47,722 nt of DNA from Candidatus Rokuibacteriota bacterium (GCA_044866005.1 JBIOTN010000005.1:1-47722), one strand, 5' to 3'. Shown: positions 28,777-37,684, counted from the stretch's first letter. Notes: a model not told the origin generated them from the letters alone. Numbers and translations: made by a program.

Positions 28777-31134
28777 CTACTTCTTCCGCGCGCTCTGGAC
28801 CGCCGCCCAGATCCGGGCCGGGGTCAGCGGCAGGTCGATGTGCGTGATGCCGAGCGGGGCGAGCGCGTCGAGGACCGCGTTCGCGACCGCCGCCGTGGAG
28901 GCGATGGTCCCGGTCTCTCCCGCGCCCTTGACCCCCATGGGGTTGACGGGCGACGGCGTCACCGTGCGGTCCGTCTCGAAGAACGGCAGGTCGTCGGCCT
29001 TCGGCAGCGCGTAGTCCATCATGCTCCCGGTCACGAGCTGCCCGGCCTGGTCGTAGGAGGCGTACTCCCAGAGGGCCTGGGCCACGCCCTGGGCGATCCC
29101 GCCGTGGACCATGCCGTCCACGATCATCGGGTTGATCACCCGGCCGACGTCGTCCACCGCGACGTACCGCAGGAGCGTCACGTGGCCGGTCTCCGGCTCC
29201 ACCTCGACGACGGCGAGGTGCGCGCCGAAGGGGAACACGAAGTTCCCGGGATCCCAGAACGACGTCGCCTCGAGCCCGGGCTCGAGCCCCTTCGGCAGGT
29301 TGTGGGCGAGGTAGGCCATGAGGGCCACGTCCTGGAACGTCTTGTTCCGCCCGGCGGAGCCCTTGACGAAGAACTTCCCGTCCGCGTAGTCCAGGTCGGC
29401 CTCGCTCGCCTCGAGGAGGTGCGCGGCGATCTTCTTCCCCTTCTCCTTGATCTTCTGGATGGAGGTGTAGATCGCCGACCCGCCCACCGCCGCCGAGCGG
29501 CTCCCGTACGTCCCCATGCCGAAGGGGACCGCCGCCGTGTCGCCGTGGACGATCTCGACGTCCTCGTACGGCAGGCCGAGCTCGTCGGCCGCGAGCTGGG
29601 CGAACGTCGTCTCGTGCCCCTGGCCGTGGGCATGCGAGCCCGTGAAGACCGTCACCTTGCCGGTCGGGTGGACCCGGACGTGGGCGCTCTCCCACAGCCC
29701 AGCCTGGGCGCCGAGGGCGCCGGCCACCTGGGAGGGCGCCGGCCCGCACGCCTCGATGTAGGTCGCCATGCCGATGCCGAGGTGGCGCCCCTGCTTCCGC
29801 GCCGCGTCCTGCTCGCCGCGGAGCTTCTTGTAGTCGAGCATCTGGAGCGCCCGGTCCAGGGCGGGGGCGTAGTTGCCGCTGTCGTACTGGAACGCGACCG
29901 GGGTCTGGTAGGGGAACTTCGAGGGGGCGATGAAGTTCTTGCGCCGGAACTCCGCCGGGTCCTGCCCGATGGCCCGCGCGGTCAGGTCGCACACCCGCTC
30001 GAGGAGGTAGGTCGCCTCGGGCCGGCCGGCGCCCCGGTAGGCGTCCACCGGCGTGGTGTTCGTGAAGCTCCCCACGACCTCGCAGTAGATGTCCGGAATC
30101 GCGTAGACCCCGGAGAGGAGCGTCCCGTAGAGATAGGTGGGAATGAGCGGGGCGAAGGTCGAGAGGTACGCGCCGAGGTTCGCGTTCGTCCGGACGCGCA
30201 GGGCGACGATCCGGCCGTCCCGGTCCACGCCCATCTCCACCTCGGTGACGTGGTCGCGGCCGTGCGCGTCGGTCACGAAGGACTCACGGCGCTCGGCCGT
30301 CCATTTCACCGGCCGTCCGAGGGCCTTCGACGCCCAGGAGACCGTCACCTCCTCGGGGTAGAGGAAGATCTTCGAGCCGAAGCCGCCGCCCACGTCCGGG
30401 GCGATGACGCGGAGCTTGTGCTCCGGCATCCCCAGCACGAAGGCGCCCATGAGGAGCCGGTGGACGTGCGGGTTCTGGGAGGTGATCCACGCCGTGAGGT
30501 CGCCCGTCGCGGGGTTGTAGGAGGCGAGCGACGCGCGCGGCTCGATCGCGTTCGGGATGAGGCGCTGGTTCAGCAGCCGCTGGGTCACGACCCTGGCGGC
30601 CCCGCGGAGGGCGGCGTCGGTCTTGTCCTTGTCGCCGATCGACCAGCGGAAGGCGACGTTGCCCGGCGCTACGTCGTGAAGCTGCGGCGCGCCCTTGGCC
30701 ACGGCCTTCTCGCCGTCCGTGACGGCCGGGAGCACGTCGTAGTCGACCGCCACCGCGTCGGCCCCGTCCTTCGCGGCATAGGGCGTCTCGGCGATCACGA
30801 CCGCCACGGCGTGGCCGACGAAATGCGCCTTGGTGGTGGCGATGGCCCGGTACTCCGGGATCTTGAGCTCGGGGAGCAGCCAGCCGCAGGGCAGCGGGTT
30901 CACGCCGCCGTCGGCCAGGTCCTTGCCGGTGAACGCCGCGACCACCCCGGGCACCTGCTTCGCCTTGGCGACGTCCACGCGCCGGATCCGGGCATGGGCG
31001 TGCGGGCTCCGGACGAACGCGGCGTAGGTCTGGCCGGGGAGCTTCACGTCGTCGGTGAAGACCCCCTTGCCGGTGATGAGGCGCGGGTCCTCGCGGCGCT
31101 TGATGCTCGAGCCGAAGAGCTTCGCCTGCGCCAT
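28777..31134 (-). CDS. coxL: Mo-hydroxylase large subunit, form II CoxL-like (not form I CODH)
   Basis: [18 protein letters not shown], active-site AYRGAGR, HGQGHET, GTYGSRS, GGIAQG, KGAGE. Confidence 0.95.
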   Translation of the reverse strand: MAQAKLFGSSIKRREDPRLITGKGVFTDDVKLPGQTYAAFVRSPHAHARIRRVDVAKAKQVPGVVAAFTGKDLADGGVNPLPCGWLLPELKIPEYRAIATTKAHFVGHAVAVVIAETPYAAKDGADAVAVDYDVLPAVTDGEKAVAKGAPQLHDVAPGNVAFRWSIGDKDKTDAALRGAARVVTQRLLNQRLIPNAIEPRASLASYNPATGDLTAWITSQNPHVHRLLMGAFVLGMPEHKLRVIAPDVGGGFGSKIFLYPEEVTVSWASKALGRPVKWTAERRESFVTDAHGRDHVTEVEMGVDRDGRIVALRVRTNANLGAYLSTFAPLIPTYLYGTLLSGVYAIPDIYCEVVGSFTNTTPVDAYRGAGRPEATYLLERVCDLTARAIGQDPAEFRRKNFIAPSKFPYQTPVAFQYDSGNYAPALDRALQMLDYKKLRGEQDAARKQGRHLGIGMATYIEACGPAPSQVAGALGAQAGLWESAHVRVHPTGKVTVFTGSHAHGQGHETTFAQLAADELGLPYEDVEIVHGDTAAVPFGMGTYGSRSAAVGGSAIYTSIQKIKEKGKKIAAHLLEASEADLDYADGKFFVKGSAGRNKTFQDVALMAYLAHNLPKGLEPGLEATSFWDPGNFVFPFGAHLAVVEVEPETGHVTLLRYVAVDDVGRVINPMIVDGMVHGGIAQGVAQALWEYASYDQAGQLVTGSMMDYALPKADDLPFFETDRTVTPSPVNPMGVKGAGETGTIASTAAVANAVLDALAPLGITHIDLPLTPARIWAAVQSARKK

Positions 31135-31144
31135 GCCTCTCCCC

Positions 31145-31606
31145 CTACTTCATCTTCTCGGCCGCATACTGGATCGCGCGGACGATGTTGTGATAGCCCG
31201 TGCACCGGCAGAGGTTGCCCTCCAGGGCGTGCCGGATCTCCGCCTCGCTCGGGCTCCGGTGCCGCTGCAGGATCTGGTAGGCGGCCATGATCATCCCGGG
31301 GGTGCAGAAGCCGCACTGGAGGCCGTGCTTCTCCCAGAACCCTTCCTGGAGCGGGTGGAGCTTGCCGTTCCGGGCGAGCCCTTCGATCGTGAGGAGCTCC
31401 GCCCCGTCCGCCTGGACCGCGAACAGCGTGCAGGCCTTGGCGGAGACCCCGTTGACCAGGATCGTGCACGCGCCGCACTGGCTCGTGTCGCACCCGACGT
31501 GCGTCCCGGTGAGGTTCAGCACGTCGCGGAGGTAGTGCACGAGGAGCAGCCGCGGCTCCACGTCGGAGGTGTAGGCCGTGCCGTTGACCTTGACCTGGAT
31601 CTTCAC
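31145..31606 (-). CDS. coxS: Mo-hydroxylase [2Fe-2S] subunit (CoxS)
   Basis: [27 protein letters not shown]. Confidence 0.97.
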   Translation of the reverse strand: MKIQVKVNGTAYTSDVEPRLLLVHYLRDVLNLTGTHVGCDTSQCGACTILVNGVSAKACTLFAVQADGAELLTIEGLARNGKLHPLQEGFWEKHGLQCGFCTPGMIMAAYQILQRHRSPSEAEIRHALEGNLCRCTGYHNIVRAIQYAAEKMK

Positions 31607-31620
31607 CGCTCCCTCCTACA

Positions 31621-31719
31621 TCTTCAGAGGGGGGCGCTGCCCCCTCCCACGGCCCTCGCGGCGACGCCGCGGCCGTCGCGCTTCCGCGACGGCATCGGGC
31701 CTGCCTCCCCCCGGGAAGA
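31621..31719. repeat. Composite palindromic intergenic element
   Basis: Outer TCTTC..GGGGGG / CCCCCC..GAAGA, inner hairpins GGGGGC-GCT-GCCCCC and GCCGTCGCG-CTTC-CGCGACGGC; shares GGGGGCGCTGCCCCC with 45483-45497. Confidence 0.6.
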
Positions 31720-31759
31720 CCTCCGCTGGGTTCGGCGGTTCGAGTCCCGACGCTCCTGA

Positions 31760-32209
31760 CTACGAGGCGGCGGGCTTTCCGAGCTCGGCTTCGAGCGCCG
31801 AGAAGAATTGCTCCATGAGCATCCGGGCGGCCGCGCCCAGCAACCGTTGCCCGACCGCCGCGATCAGACCGCCGACCTGGGCTTCGGCGCGGATCGTGAC
31901 GAGCGTGCCGCCGTCCTGCTCCGTCAGCGTGAGCCGGCCTTCGCCCTTGACGAACCCCGGCCGGCCGCTCCCCTCGACGTGGAGGGTATAGCCCTCCGGC
32001 GGCTTCTTGTCGGTGATGGCGAGCTTGCCCTGGTAGGTCCCCTTCACCGCGGCCACGCCGACCGACAGGGTGGCGTCGAACTCGTCGGGGCCCACGGGAT
32101 CGAGGCGCTCGCAGCCCGGCGTCGCGCGAGCGAGGACGGCCGGGTCGGTGAAGACGGCCCAGACACGGTCACGCGGAACGTTGAAGTGATGGGTCCCGTC
32201 CAGGGTCAT
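31760..32209 (-). CDS. coxG: CoxG (SRPBCC) protein
   Basis: VWAVFTDP.VLARATPGCE, VGG.IAAVGQRL; first gene of the cox operon. Confidence 0.92.
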   Translation of the reverse strand: MTLDGTHHFNVPRDRVWAVFTDPAVLARATPGCERLDPVGPDEFDATLSVGVAAVKGTYQGKLAITDKKPPEGYTLHVEGSGRPGFVKGEGRLTLTEQDGGTLVTIRAEAQVGGLIAAVGQRLLGAAARMLMEQFFSALEAELGKPAAS

Positions 32210-32241
32210 GCTGAGCCGGCCAGCAGAGACGAAGTAGCGCT

Positions 32242-32271
32242 ACCGTACCCCCGCCGGATGACGACTGTCAA
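32242..32271 (-). promoter_or_regulatory. Putative sigma70 promoter TTGACA-N18-TACGGT of the cox operon
   Basis: Perfect -35, plausible -10, 32 nt upstream of coxG; palindrome GTAGCGCTAC overlaps the predicted start site. Confidence 0.6.
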
Positions 32272-32286
32272 GGCGGGGGTTTCCCT

Positions 32287-32526
32287 CTACCAGCGTGTCG
32301 CGCCCACCTGCGCGACGTAGGCGGCGAGCTGGACAAACAGGCCGCCGGCGAACAGGAGCCACCCCGCCGCCGCGGTGAGCCGGACCAGCGCCGGCCAGCG
32401 CTCGCGGGGCACGCGGATCCCGTCCCCGGTCCAGGACCACCAGACGGCCACGAGCAGCAGGAGCCCGCCGCCCGCACTCGTGGCGGCGAGGCCCGCGTCG
32501 ACGCCGTACATCTGTGGGACGTCCAT
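32287..32526 (-). CDS. Small hypothetical membrane protein (79 aa, 2 TM)
   Basis: RBS GAGGAGGG upstream; two Trp-rich hydrophobic segments; directly follows larC. Confidence 0.7.
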   Translation of the reverse strand: MDVPQMYGVDAGLAATSAGGGLLLLVAVWWSWTGDGIRVPRERWPALVRLTAAAGWLLFAGGLFVQLAAYVAQVGATRW

Positions 32527-32548
32527 GCCGACCCTCCTCGGTCGTGCG

Positions 32549-33730
32549 CTACTCGGGTTGCCCCAGCAGCCGCCGGCCCTCGGCCCGGAGCTGCTCGAGC
32601 AGCTCGCGGAGCGGCAGCCCCCTCTCGCGGGCGATCCGACGCACCTCCTCGAACTCCGGCGTCACCGTGACGACCCGGTCGCCCAGCCGCGAGACCTTGA
32701 AGCTGACCGGGCCCACCGCCGTGTCGACCCGCACGAGGCGGCGGGGCAGCCGGGCCCGCTCGAAGTCGTGCCACCGGACGCCGATCGTCGTCGTCTCCCG
32801 GAAGAGCAGCGTCGCCAGCTCGCCGACACGGTCGGGCGGCGCGAGCGCGGTCAGCACGACGCCCGGGCGGCTCCGCTTCATCACGACGGGGGTGAGGTAG
32901 ACGTCGAGCGCCCCGGTTTCGAAGAGTCGCTCGATCAGCGGCTCGTAGAGCTGAGGCGCCATGTCGTCGATCGTCGTCTCGATGGCCGACAGGGTCTCGG
33001 TCTCGGTGCCTTCGGGCCCGGCCGTCCGGCCCACGAGCAGTCGGAGCAGGTTCGGGGTGGCCAGCTCGCGCGTCCCCGCCCCCCACCCGATCGCCTCGAG
33101 CGTCAGCGGCGGCAGCCGGCCGGGCGTGGCGACCGTGGTGAGGATCGCGGCGCCCGTGGGCGTGACGAGCTCCGCGCGGACGCCGCTGTCGTAGACGGCG
33201 AAGCCGCGGAGCAGCTCGGCCGTGGCCGGAGCCGGGACCGGCAGCCGCCCGTGGGTGGTCTCGACCGTCCCCCCCCCGAGGGGGAGCGGCGACAGGTGGG
33301 CGGCCTCGATGGCGAGGGCGTCGAGCCCGGCCACGGCGCCCACCACGTCCACGAGCGTGTCGAGCGCGCCCACCTCGTGGAAGTGGACGGCCTCCACCGG
33401 GACGCCGTGGACGCGCGCCTCGGCGTCCGCCAGCCGCGTCACGATCGCCATCGCCCGCTCCTTCTGCCCGGCCGGCAAGGCGCTCCGCTTGATCGGGGCG
33501 AGGAGGTCGGCGAGGTCGTGGAAGCGCACGTCGGGGTCGGTCTCGACGACGAGCCGCGTGCCGCGGAGTCCGGCCCGCGTGACCTGGCGCGCCTCGAGCC
33601 GCCAGCCCGGGACGCCGAGCGCGCGAAGGGCCTCCTCGAGCGCCGACACGGGACAGCCGGCGTCCACGAGGGCGCCGAGGATCATGTCGCCGCTCGCGCC
33701 GGCCGCGCAGTCGAAGTAGCCGAGCTTCAT
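32549..33730 (-). CDS. larC: Nickel-pincer cofactor nickel insertase LarC
   Basis: YFDCAAGASGDMILGAL, AEARVHG..VHFHEVGALD, PVPAPAT, ELVTPTGAA, MKRSRPG, ETTTIGVR, PEFEE; ATG 33730. Confidence 0.96.
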   Translation of the reverse strand: MKLGYFDCAAGASGDMILGALVDAGCPVSALEEALRALGVPGWRLEARQVTRAGLRGTRLVVETDPDVRFHDLADLLAPIKRSALPAGQKERAMAIVTRLADAEARVHGVPVEAVHFHEVGALDTLVDVVGAVAGLDALAIEAAHLSPLPLGGGTVETTHGRLPVPAPATAELLRGFAVYDSGVRAELVTPTGAAILTTVATPGRLPPLTLEAIGWGAGTRELATPNLLRLLVGRTAGPEGTETETLSAIETTIDDMAPQLYEPLIERLFETGALDVYLTPVVMKRSRPGVVLTALAPPDRVGELATLLFRETTTIGVRWHDFERARLPRRLVRVDTAVGPVSFKVSRLGDRVVTVTPEFEEVRRIARERGLPLRELLEQLRAEGRRLLGQPE

Positions 33731-33782
33731 CGTTGAACAGGGCCTGGGGAGGCGGTGTACGGAACGCTGAGCGTCCGCCCCT

Positions 33783-35207
33783 CTACATCGGTGGCTCGAT
33801 CGCCGACCTGACGGCGTCCCTGGCGGGGGCGAGCTCGTGGGCGATGCTGAAGTGCCGCTCGGCCTCCGACTCGTCGCCCTTCGCCCTGAGCAACAGTGCA
33901 AAGTTGTAGTGAACCTCGGGATCGTCCGGTCGGAGACGCAAGGCCTCGCGGTAGTGCTCCTCCGCCTCGCGAAGATTGCCGGCCAGGTGAAGTAGGGTCG
34001 CGAGGTTGTTGCGCGCTTCGGGATACTCCGGCCGTAGCCGCAGGGCTTCGCGATAGTGGCCTTCCGCCTCCCCCGCCTGACCGGTATCCTCGAGCAGGAG
34101 CGCGTAGTTGTAGTGCGCTTCAGCGTAGTCCGGCCGGAGCCGGATCGCCTCGCGGTAGTGCTCCGCGGCCTTTGCCGGATCGGCCGTCTCTTCCAGCAGA
34201 ATCGCGTAATTGTTGTGAGCCTCGGCGTAGTCGGGACGCAGTCTCAGCGCCTCCCGATAGTGGTGTGCCGCCCCGGGAAGGTCGCCGAGCTGCTTGAGGA
34301 CGTTGGCATACCCGTGATGGGCATCCACGTAGTCGGCCCGGCGGGCCAGGGCTGCCTGGTAGTGTCCGGCCGCTCCCGCCAAGCGACGCGTCGCCGTCAG
34401 CAGGGTCGCGTAGTTGTAATGGGCCTCCGGGTACTCGGGACAAAGCCGCAGGGCCTCCTGATAGTGCTGGGCCGCCTCCGGCTGCTTCCCTTGAGCCTTC
34501 AGCACGACGGCCAAGTTGTTGTGCGCCGCGGCGAAATCTGGACGCAGCTTCAGGGCGTCCCGGTAGCAGTCGGATTCGTCGAAGCTGTCTTCGCGGGCCG
34601 TACCGATGAGCGCGACGCCCTTGAGAAACCATTCCTGCGCGGTCAGCTGCGCCGCCGGCTTCGCCTCGAAGGCGGCGCGATCGAACGAGACGAGCCGATA
34701 AAGAGTCCGGCGGGGGAGCGTGTCACCCTTCAGCGTGTACGTTCCTGCCTCCGAGACCTCGTAGAGGGGCAGGTCGATCAGGTCCAGGACAGTCTCGGTG
34801 GCGAAAAGACAGTCGCCACCGGCTTCAGCCTCGACCCGTTTGGCCACGCTGTTGCCCCTGCCGATCCATCCCGTCTTGCCCTCGAGCGGCGTGCAGTCAC
34901 CGTAATGACAGCCGAGCCGAAGGGCCATCGGCGGATGGCCCGAACGACTCCCCACCGACTCTCGGGCCTGCTTCCAGGACTCGATGAGCCGGAGGCCGAA
35001 CTGAACCGCCGCGTCGGCGCTCTCGAACAGGAACATGTGGCCATCGCCCGCCCACTCCTGGTACACGCACCCGTACTGGCTCGCGAGGGACTCCGCGAGG
35101 TACCGGTATTCCGAGATGATCGCCACCATGTCGTCCCGGGGGATCCGGGCCCAGCCGAACGAATGGCGCTCGAGATCGGAAAAGACGACATTCAGGTATC
35201 TGGTCAC
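33783..35207 (-). CDS. Class III nucleotidyl cyclase-like domain fused to about 8 TPR repeats
   Basis: VVFSDL, EWAGDG, LRLGCHYG, AKRVEAEA, TLKG; then 34-aa repeats HYREALRLRPDYAEAHNNYA. Confidence 0.85.
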   Translation of the reverse strand: MTRYLNVVFSDLERHSFGWARIPRDDMVAIISEYRYLAESLASQYGCVYQEWAGDGHMFLFESADAAVQFGLRLIESWKQARESVGSRSGHPPMALRLGCHYGDCTPLEGKTGWIGRGNSVAKRVEAEAGGDCLFATETVLDLIDLPLYEVSEAGTYTLKGDTLPRRTLYRLVSFDRAAFEAKPAAQLTAQEWFLKGVALIGTAREDSFDESDCYRDALKLRPDFAAAHNNLAVVLKAQGKQPEAAQHYQEALRLCPEYPEAHYNYATLLTATRRLAGAAGHYQAALARRADYVDAHHGYANVLKQLGDLPGAAHHYREALRLRPDYAEAHNNYAILLEETADPAKAAEHYREAIRLRPDYAEAHYNYALLLEDTGQAGEAEGHYREALRLRPEYPEARNNLATLLHLAGNLREAEEHYREALRLRPDDPEVHYNFALLLRAKGDESEAERHFSIAHELAPARDAVRSAIEPPM

Positions 35208-35276
35208 GGGTCAGACGTCGCCGCGCCTCGGAGGGACGCTTCCCTGCCTGGTGATCCGCGCGCGACCTCCCGACGG

Positions 35277-35552
35277 TCAGCCGAGCTCGTCGGAGGTGAC
35301 GAACAGGGCTTCGTGGACTCGCTCGAACGGGAGCTTGGCGCGCTGGTTCGCCTGCTTGACGGCATCTTCTGAGGCGGCTTCGAAGAGACAGAAGCACTTC
35401 TGCTCGCCGGGGACATAGGTGGAACGCAGGTAACGGACGGGCGTTCCCTCCTTCGTCATGGCGGCGGTTGTCTGCTTTGCCGTCTTCGCCGCCGCTTTCA
35501 GCTGGTCGGCCGTGAGCCCTGGCAGGTGGCGCTCGACCATGTATCGAGGCAT
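35277..35552 (-). CDS. DUF4242 (SCO4226-like) small protein
   Basis: MPRYMVER.LPG, VRYLRSTY, KCFCLFEA.SEDAV..AN.RA.LPF.RV; RBS GGAGG upstream of ATG 35552. Confidence 0.85.
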   Translation of the reverse strand: MPRYMVERHLPGLTADQLKAAAKTAKQTTAAMTKEGTPVRYLRSTYVPGEQKCFCLFEAASEDAVKQANQRAKLPFERVHEALFVTSDELG

Positions 35553-35684
35553 TCCGAGCCTCCCTTCCCGTTCGTCCCGAAAGAGGCGCCCCGCGACCCC
35601 GGGCCGATCGCCAGGCCCGGGCCAGCCGGAGTTCGGCGGCGGTGCGCCTCGCCAGTCGCCGCCCTCCCCGTGGCGGCTGGGGTC

Positions 35685-35714
35685 AGAATAGGTCACGCTC
35701 GTGTGGAGATGCAA
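35685..35714 (-). promoter_or_regulatory. Putative sigma70 promoter TTGCAT-N18-TATTCT for DUF4242/cyclase-TPR
   Basis: Read on the minus strand about 130 nt upstream of the DUF4242 start. Confidence 0.45.
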
Positions 35715-35808
35715 GGCGTCGCCGACAGGCTCCGGCAGTAGCGCCGCCCAACCCCCGGCGGCGTAGAGGGTTCTCGGCCCATCGCGTCGTTCCTCGGCAT
35801 CCGGCTGA

Positions 35809-37485
35809 TCAGCCGGGCTTGAAGGCGCGGTCGAGCTCCACGTCGATCACGCTCGGGCCGCTCCGCCCGAGGGCGCGCGCCAGCGCGGCCCCGACGTCCG
35901 CCGTCTTCTCGACGCGCTCGGCCGCCACGCCGAGGGCCGCGGCCAGCCCGACGAAGTCGACGCGGGGGTCCTCGAGATCCATCGCGATGTAGCGGTCGGC
36001 GTCCGCGGCCAGCCCCTTCATGGCGTGGAGGCGCTGCTTCAGGATCCGGTAGGAGGCGTTGTTCAGGATCACGAGCACGGCGCCGATCCGGTAGTGGGCC
36101 GCGGTCCAGAGCGCCTGGCACGTGTACATGGCGCTGCCGTCCCCGATGAGCCCCACCACCGGCCGGCCCGGCAGCGCGAGCTTGACCCCGAGCGCCGCGG
36201 GGAGCCCCCAGCCGATCCCGCCGCCGCGGAGGCCGAAGAAGCTCTTCGGGTCGTCGCTCTTGAGGAACGTGCGGAGCCCGGCCCCCGAGGAGATCGACTC
36301 GTCCACCACCACGGCCTCGGGCGGCACGGCCTCGGCGACCGCGTGCATGAGGGCGAGCGGCGTGATCGGTACCCGAGGCGCCTCCGCCCGCGCGCGGGCC
36401 CGCAGCTCCTCGGCGTGTCGGGCCTTCGCGGCGCGCGTCTCCGCGAGGCGCTCCCGCGCGCGGGCCCGGGCGGCCGGCGTCAGGCGCGCCTCGATGGCCG
36501 CCAGCAGGTCCGGCAGCGTCGCCCTGGGGTCGCCGAGGATCGCCACGCGCGTCGGGTAGTTCTTGCCGAGCTCCCACGGGTCGGTGTCGAGGTGGACGAT
36601 CGGGAGGTCCGGCGGCATCGGGTCGAGGTCCGAGGGGAGCGAGAGCGTCAGGAGGTCGCCGCCCACCGAGAAGAGAAGGTCCGCCTGCGAGAGGACCTGC
36701 CGGATCGCGGGGGCCAGGCGGACGAAGGTCCCGCGGAAGAGCGGGTGCGACGCGGGGAACGACGCGGTGCTCGCGATCCCCTCGGCGTAGACCGGGGCGC
36801 CCAGGAGCTCGGCGACCGCGACGAGCTCGGCGTGCGCCTCGCTCCGGGCGACCGCGTCGCCCGCCATGATGAGCGGCCGCTCGGCGCGGGCCAGCAGGTC
36901 CGCCGCCGCCGCGACGGCGCCCGGGTCCCCCCGCAGCCCCGGCGCGATCCGCGTCGGCGCCCCCAGGTCCACCTCACCCTCGGCCTGGAGGACGTCGGCC
37001 GGCAGCGAGAGGAAGACGGGGCCGGCGGGCGGCGCCAGCGCCGTCTTCGCCGCGCGGTGCACGGCGCGCGGCAGGTCCCCGAGCCGCCGGACCTCGGCCG
37101 ACCACTTGACGAACGGGCGCGCGATCGGCGGGAGGTCGGCCCACAGGATCGGCTCGGTGAGGTTGAAGCTCTGGTCGTGCTGGCCCGCGGTCACCAGGAG
37201 CGGCGCCCCCGCCTTCTGCGCGTCGTAGAGCATGCCGAGGGCGTTTCCGAGGCCCGGCGCGACGTGGACGTTGACGACCGCGAGGCGGCCCGAGGCCTGG
37301 GCGTAGCCGTCGGCCATCGCAACCACGGCGCCTTCCTGGAGCCCGAGGACGTACCGGATCCCGGTCTCGGCGACCAGGCCGTCCATGAGCGGCAGCTCGG
37401 TCGTCCCGGGGTTTCCGAAGAGGTACTCGACGCCTTCCTGCCGCAAGAGCTCGAGAAACGCGCGCTTCCCCGACATGAACGCCAT
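35809..37485 (-). CDS. ThDP-dependent decarboxylase, benzoylformate decarboxylase (MdlC)-like
   Basis: FGNPGTTELP, LQEG, HVAPGLGNA, ThDP motif GDGS..(x24)..NN. Confidence 0.9.
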   Translation of the reverse strand: MAFMSGKRAFLELLRQEGVEYLFGNPGTTELPLMDGLVAETGIRYVLGLQEGAVVAMADGYAQASGRLAVVNVHVAPGLGNALGMLYDAQKAGAPLLVTAGQHDQSFNLTEPILWADLPPIARPFVKWSAEVRRLGDLPRAVHRAAKTALAPPAGPVFLSLPADVLQAEGEVDLGAPTRIAPGLRGDPGAVAAAADLLARAERPLIMAGDAVARSEAHAELVAVAELLGAPVYAEGIASTASFPASHPLFRGTFVRLAPAIRQVLSQADLLFSVGGDLLTLSLPSDLDPMPPDLPIVHLDTDPWELGKNYPTRVAILGDPRATLPDLLAAIEARLTPAARARARERLAETRAAKARHAEELRARARAEAPRVPITPLALMHAVAEAVPPEAVVVDESISSGAGLRTFLKSDDPKSFFGLRGGGIGWGLPAALGVKLALPGRPVVGLIGDGSAMYTCQALWTAAHYRIGAVLVILNNASYRILKQRLHAMKGLAADADRYIAMDLEDPRVDFVGLAAALGVAAERVEKTADVGAALARALGRSGPSVIDVELDRAFKPG

Positions 37486-37510
37486 ACTCTACTCCGGCGC
37501 TTCGGCCAAC

Positions 37511-37683
37511 TCTGGCAGGCCGCCGCGGGTGGCGCCGCACGCCGCCCCGCAGCCGGCCGGGCGAAGTGGGACCCCTTCGCGCTCCTCCCGCAGGCCGCCA
37601 GGACTGCGGGAGGGCGCGAACGGGTGACGGAGCCCGGCCGGACCGGGGCAAGGCGGCGACAGGACCCGCGGCGGCCTACCGGA
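37511..37683. repeat. Long imperfect inverted repeat (173-nt rod-like hairpin)
   Basis: Nested stems AGGCCGCCGCGGGT/ACCCGCGGCGGCCT, GCCGCC/GGCGGC, CCGGCCGGGC/GCCCGGCCGG, ACCC/GGGT, TTCGCGC(T)CCTCCCGCAG/CTGCGGGAGGGCGCGAA. Confidence 0.85.
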
Positions 37684-37684
37684 T

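Noticed and set aside
28777..31134. Aerobic CO dehydrogenase (form I)
   Set aside because: Active-site loop is AYRGAGR, not AYxCSFR, and the gene order is S-L-M.
31729..31757. GGTTCGAGTCCC T-loop-like motif suggesting a tRNA or tRNA remnant
   Set aside because: No T-stem, anticodon arm, D-arm or acceptor stem can be built around it.
33850..34570. Roughly 102-bp periodic repeats resembling an array
   Set aside because: These are TPR-coding repeats within an ORF, not CRISPR; no cas genes and no identical repeats with unique spacers.
33783..35207. Pycsar/CBASS-type anti-phage system
   Set aside because: No cyclic-nucleotide-binding TM or TIR effector adjacent; the TPR fusion fits signalling better. 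Not fully excluded.
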